64,000 nt of DNA from Patescibacteria group bacterium (GTDB lineage: Bacteria; Patescibacteriota; Microgenomatia; UBA12405), in contig JAMCSD010000003.1 of NCBI GenBank assembly GCA_023380755.1, positions 9,341 to 73,340 on the forward strand. Reading direction: 5' to 3'. Below are positions 61,753 through 64,000 of this stretch, one piece after another. The notes beneath the pieces are model-generated. The model searched no databases and was not told where the DNA came from. It worked only from the letters and a program-made list of their open reading frames with translations. The stretch's first letter is position 1, and each line of letters begins with the position of its first letter. The position numbers and the translations under genes were made by a program.

Positions 61753-63222
61753 ATGAACATAAGAGGCCGAAATATTTTTACGGCAATGACCGGAATTAAT
61801 CTCATCCTGGCGTTGGTTCTAATCAACATCGTGATTAATTTTTTACCGGAATTAAAGCTGGATTTAACAAAAAATAAACTGCACACCCTCTCACCGGCAA
61901 CGGTGAAAATTGTCCACAACTTAAAGGACCTAGTAAAAATTAAAGTTTATTTAAGTTCGCAGTTGCCACCTAACGCCAAACCAATTGCGGATAATCTAAA
62001 AACGGTATTGGCTGATTTTCAGAATCTCAATAAGACCAATTTGGAAGTGAGTTACCTCGATCCACTCAAGGACGACAAGGCTAAACAGGAAGCGCAACAA
62101 TATGGCATCCAGCCACTGCAATTTTCCACAGTGAATAATGATAAATTAGAAGTGCAAACCGGTTATTTTGGACTGGCAATGGTCTACGGCAATAAGCAAG
62201 AAGTGCTATCGGTCGCCGGAGATGTTGGTAACTTGGAATATTTTTTAGTCTCGGGGATTAAAAAGTTAACTACGGGAGCTACCTCGAAGGTAGTCTTAGC
62301 CGGCGGTAACGGAGAGGTAGCCGATACCGAAATCCAAGCGTTTAGTAAATATTTAAACGACAATTATCAGGTAAGTACGGCTGATTTATCGAAAGACGGA
62401 ACATTGGATGGCAAAGACGGGACACTGCTCGTATTGGGGCCGACAACAGCCTTCAGCCAAAAAGCCGCCGAGGAAGTCAAAAGGTGGGTGGATAGCAAAA
62501 AGGGTGCTTTATTTTTGATTCAGACGGTAACCGTAAACGATACCCTTCAGGGAACTATGAACAATAAGTTGGGGATTGAAGATGTACTGAAGGATAAAGG
62601 CATCGAGATCCAGCCAACACTAATATTAGATGCTTCGTCGACCATTGCCAATTTCCGAACTCAAAGCGGGAGCTTTTTGTCCCAATACCCTTATTGGGTG
62701 CAAATCCGCCCGGAAAATATTAACCAATCTTTACCGCCACTTTCGGGAATTCAATCATTACTTTTGCCCTGGGTGTCCCCACTGTCGATTAGCGGTAAGG
62801 CTAAGGTCATGATCTACACCAGTTCCCGGTCTTGGACCAGCAGTGATTTGAGCAACTTATCGCCATTGGCCAAAAGTACCATGGGGACAGATTTAAGCAA
62901 AAAGCCGGTGGCGGCCTTGGTGACCGATAACGCCCGGCTGGCGGTAGTGGGTGATGCCGATTTTATTAAAGACCAGTTTGCCAGCAATGACCAAAATAAT
63001 TTAGCCTTGGCATTTAACTTGATTGACTATTTATCTCAAGATGAATCGTTACTGTCGATTCGGGCAAAAACAATCCAGAATCCACCACTGCAGTCCCTGA
63101 ATGATAAAACTATCCAGATTATCCGCGGCGGAGCCATCAGCGCCCCATTGATTCTTTTAGGATTAATCGGATTGCTCTCGGCCATGATTAGAAAGAAAAA
63201 GCAATCTTCTATTTATGCCTAA
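61753..63222 (+). CDS. GldG-like ABC-system auxiliary protein
   Basis: 489 aa with N- and C-terminal TM anchors flanking a large extracytoplasmic domain. It occupies the third position after the ABC-2 ATPase and permease, as in gldA-gldF-gldG type loci. Confidence 0.6.
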   Translation: MNIRGRNIFTAMTGINLILALVLINIVINFLPELKLDLTKNKLHTLSPATVKIVHNLKDLVKIKVYLSSQLPPNAKPIADNLKTVLADFQNLNKTNLEVSYLDPLKDDKAKQEAQQYGIQPLQFSTVNNDKLEVQTGYFGLAMVYGNKQEVLSVAGDVGNLEYFLVSGIKKLTTGATSKVVLAGGNGEVADTEIQAFSKYLNDNYQVSTADLSKDGTLDGKDGTLLVLGPTTAFSQKAAEEVKRWVDSKKGALFLIQTVTVNDTLQGTMNNKLGIEDVLKDKGIEIQPTLILDASSTIANFRTQSGSFLSQYPYWVQIRPENINQSLPPLSGIQSLLLPWVSPLSISGKAKVMIYTSSRSWTSSDLSNLSPLAKSTMGTDLSKKPVAALVTDNARLAVVGDADFIKDQFASNDQNNLALAFNLIDYLSQDESLLSIRAKTIQNPPLQSLNDKTIQIIRGGAISAPLILLGLIGLLSAMIRKKKQSSIYA

Positions 63223-63997
63223 ATCGTTTTTGCTCAGTCTACTAGTGGTATTAATATTGGCCGGAGTGTTGTTGGTGCCCAGAATCAAAAAACCAGACAA
63301 GACGGCGGCAACTTATTTCCTTAGTACAGATTCGGGATTTTGCATTAATACCGTTTGCCTAACCCCAAAAGATTCACTCTGGTGGGTGAAGGTCGGAAAC
63401 AGCCAGGCACCCGCCGACTCAGATAAAGTCGAGGCGGTGCGTAAAAGTTTGCAATCGATAGTTTTGACCACGGTGGTATCAAGAAATAGTGATCGAGCAT
63501 CAGAGTTAGGATTTCCCCAGAGTAATGGGGTGGTGGTAACAGTAAACGGCAAGAAATTAGAATTAGGGGATGTCGGCCCCGATTACGCCTCAACTTTTGT
63601 CCGAGTACCAGGATCAACTGTGGTTTATTCCGTACCCACAATAATGAGTAAGGAAGATTGGTCGAATGAGAACAGCTGGCTGAACCGGCGAATTACCAAC
63701 TGGCCGTTATACCAAATTAAAAAAATTAATTCAGTAACTCCGGACAAAGACGGTAAATGGACTAACGACAAATGGGTGGAGGCAGTGGTTCACTTAAATG
63801 CAGTGAGCTACGACCCAGGGCAATATAATACTAGTCAGGCTAAGAAGTTTGAGGTAGTCATGGATAACGGACAGGGGACTTTGTGGGCAGGACAATCTGG
63901 GACCGGAAAGAAGGCGGTATATTGGGCGACTACTGATCAAAAAGTGTTCTATCAAATCAAGAAGGAAGACTTTGATTTGTTGACATCTACCCAGTAA
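63215..63997 (+). CDS. DUF4340-like secreted protein
   Basis: 260 aa with an N-terminal TM/signal helix and a beta-rich body. It overlaps the GldG-like gene by 8 nt, the position usually taken by DUF4340 proteins. Confidence 0.5.
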   Translation: MPKSFLLSLLVVLILAGVLLVPRIKKPDKTAATYFLSTDSGFCINTVCLTPKDSLWWVKVGNSQAPADSDKVEAVRKSLQSIVLTTVVSRNSDRASELGFPQSNGVVVTVNGKKLELGDVGPDYASTFVRVPGSTVVYSVPTIMSKEDWSNENSWLNRRITNWPLYQIKKINSVTPDKDGKWTNDKWVEAVVHLNAVSYDPGQYNTSQAKKFEVVMDNGQGTLWAGQSGTGKKAVYWATTDQKVFYQIKKEDFDLLTSTQ

Positions 63998-64000
63998 TTT

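Noticed and set aside
1-64000. CRISPR arrays, rRNA genes, reverse transcriptase/DGR, retron, transposase, toxin-antitoxin pairs
   Set aside because: No spacer is long enough for an array or an rRNA gene, since the largest non-coding gap is 248 bp. No ORF shows RT (YxDD), DDE/HUH transposase, tyrosine or serine recombinase motifs, or classic TA pairings.

Overview
Gene-dense bacterial chromosome segment with about 65 protein genes and one tRNA. I found no rRNA, CRISPR array, transposase, integrase or reverse transcriptase. Spacers are mostly under 80 bp (largest 248 bp), and many neighbouring genes overlap by 4 nt (ATGA). The gene content points to a reduced-genome Candidate Phyla Radiation / Patescibacteria (Microgenomates-like) organism: many paralogous GT-C membrane glycosyltransferases, a sortase with a surface substrate, an archaeal-type TyrRS, short Rel and UvrC, and comM-yraN-dprA. 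RF2 is present and TGA is used as a stop, so the standard code 11 applies. Layout: 1-11.9 kb envelope glycosylation supercluster; 12-18 kb surface protein plus a prfB-LCP-ftsEX-M23 wall/division operon; 18-30 kb housekeeping genes (PPIase, TypA, HIT, SecA, SerRS, LysRS, GreA); 30-34 kb sortase-Rel-TyrRS; 34-41 kb uvrB-uvrA-uvrC; 42-45 kb comM-yraN-dprA; 45-54 kb orphan or accessory-looking genes around tRNA-Glu; 55-64 kb ArgRS, Lon, Era and a GldAFG-like ABC system. Most noteworthy observations: (i) the coiled-coil hydrolase that closes the ftsEX operon carries a cleanly circularly permuted M23/LytM domain; (ii) about 20 genes have a -10 hexamer 5-8 nt upstream of the ATG and no Shine-Dalgarno, which suggests pervasive leaderless expression; (iii) an A9 tract ends an orphan ORF, and a -1 shift there would add 47 stop-free codons; (iv) five or six putative GT-C paralogs sit with two polyprenyl-phosphate sugar synthase-like GT2 genes and a flippase; (v) several orphans, namely a Cys-rich pair, a PD-ExK-like ORF whose tail runs antisense through tRNA-Glu, and an AMP-nucleosidase-like protein with an unrecognised N-terminal region. 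All functional calls were made by eye from motifs in the supplied translations. No database search or folding program was run.
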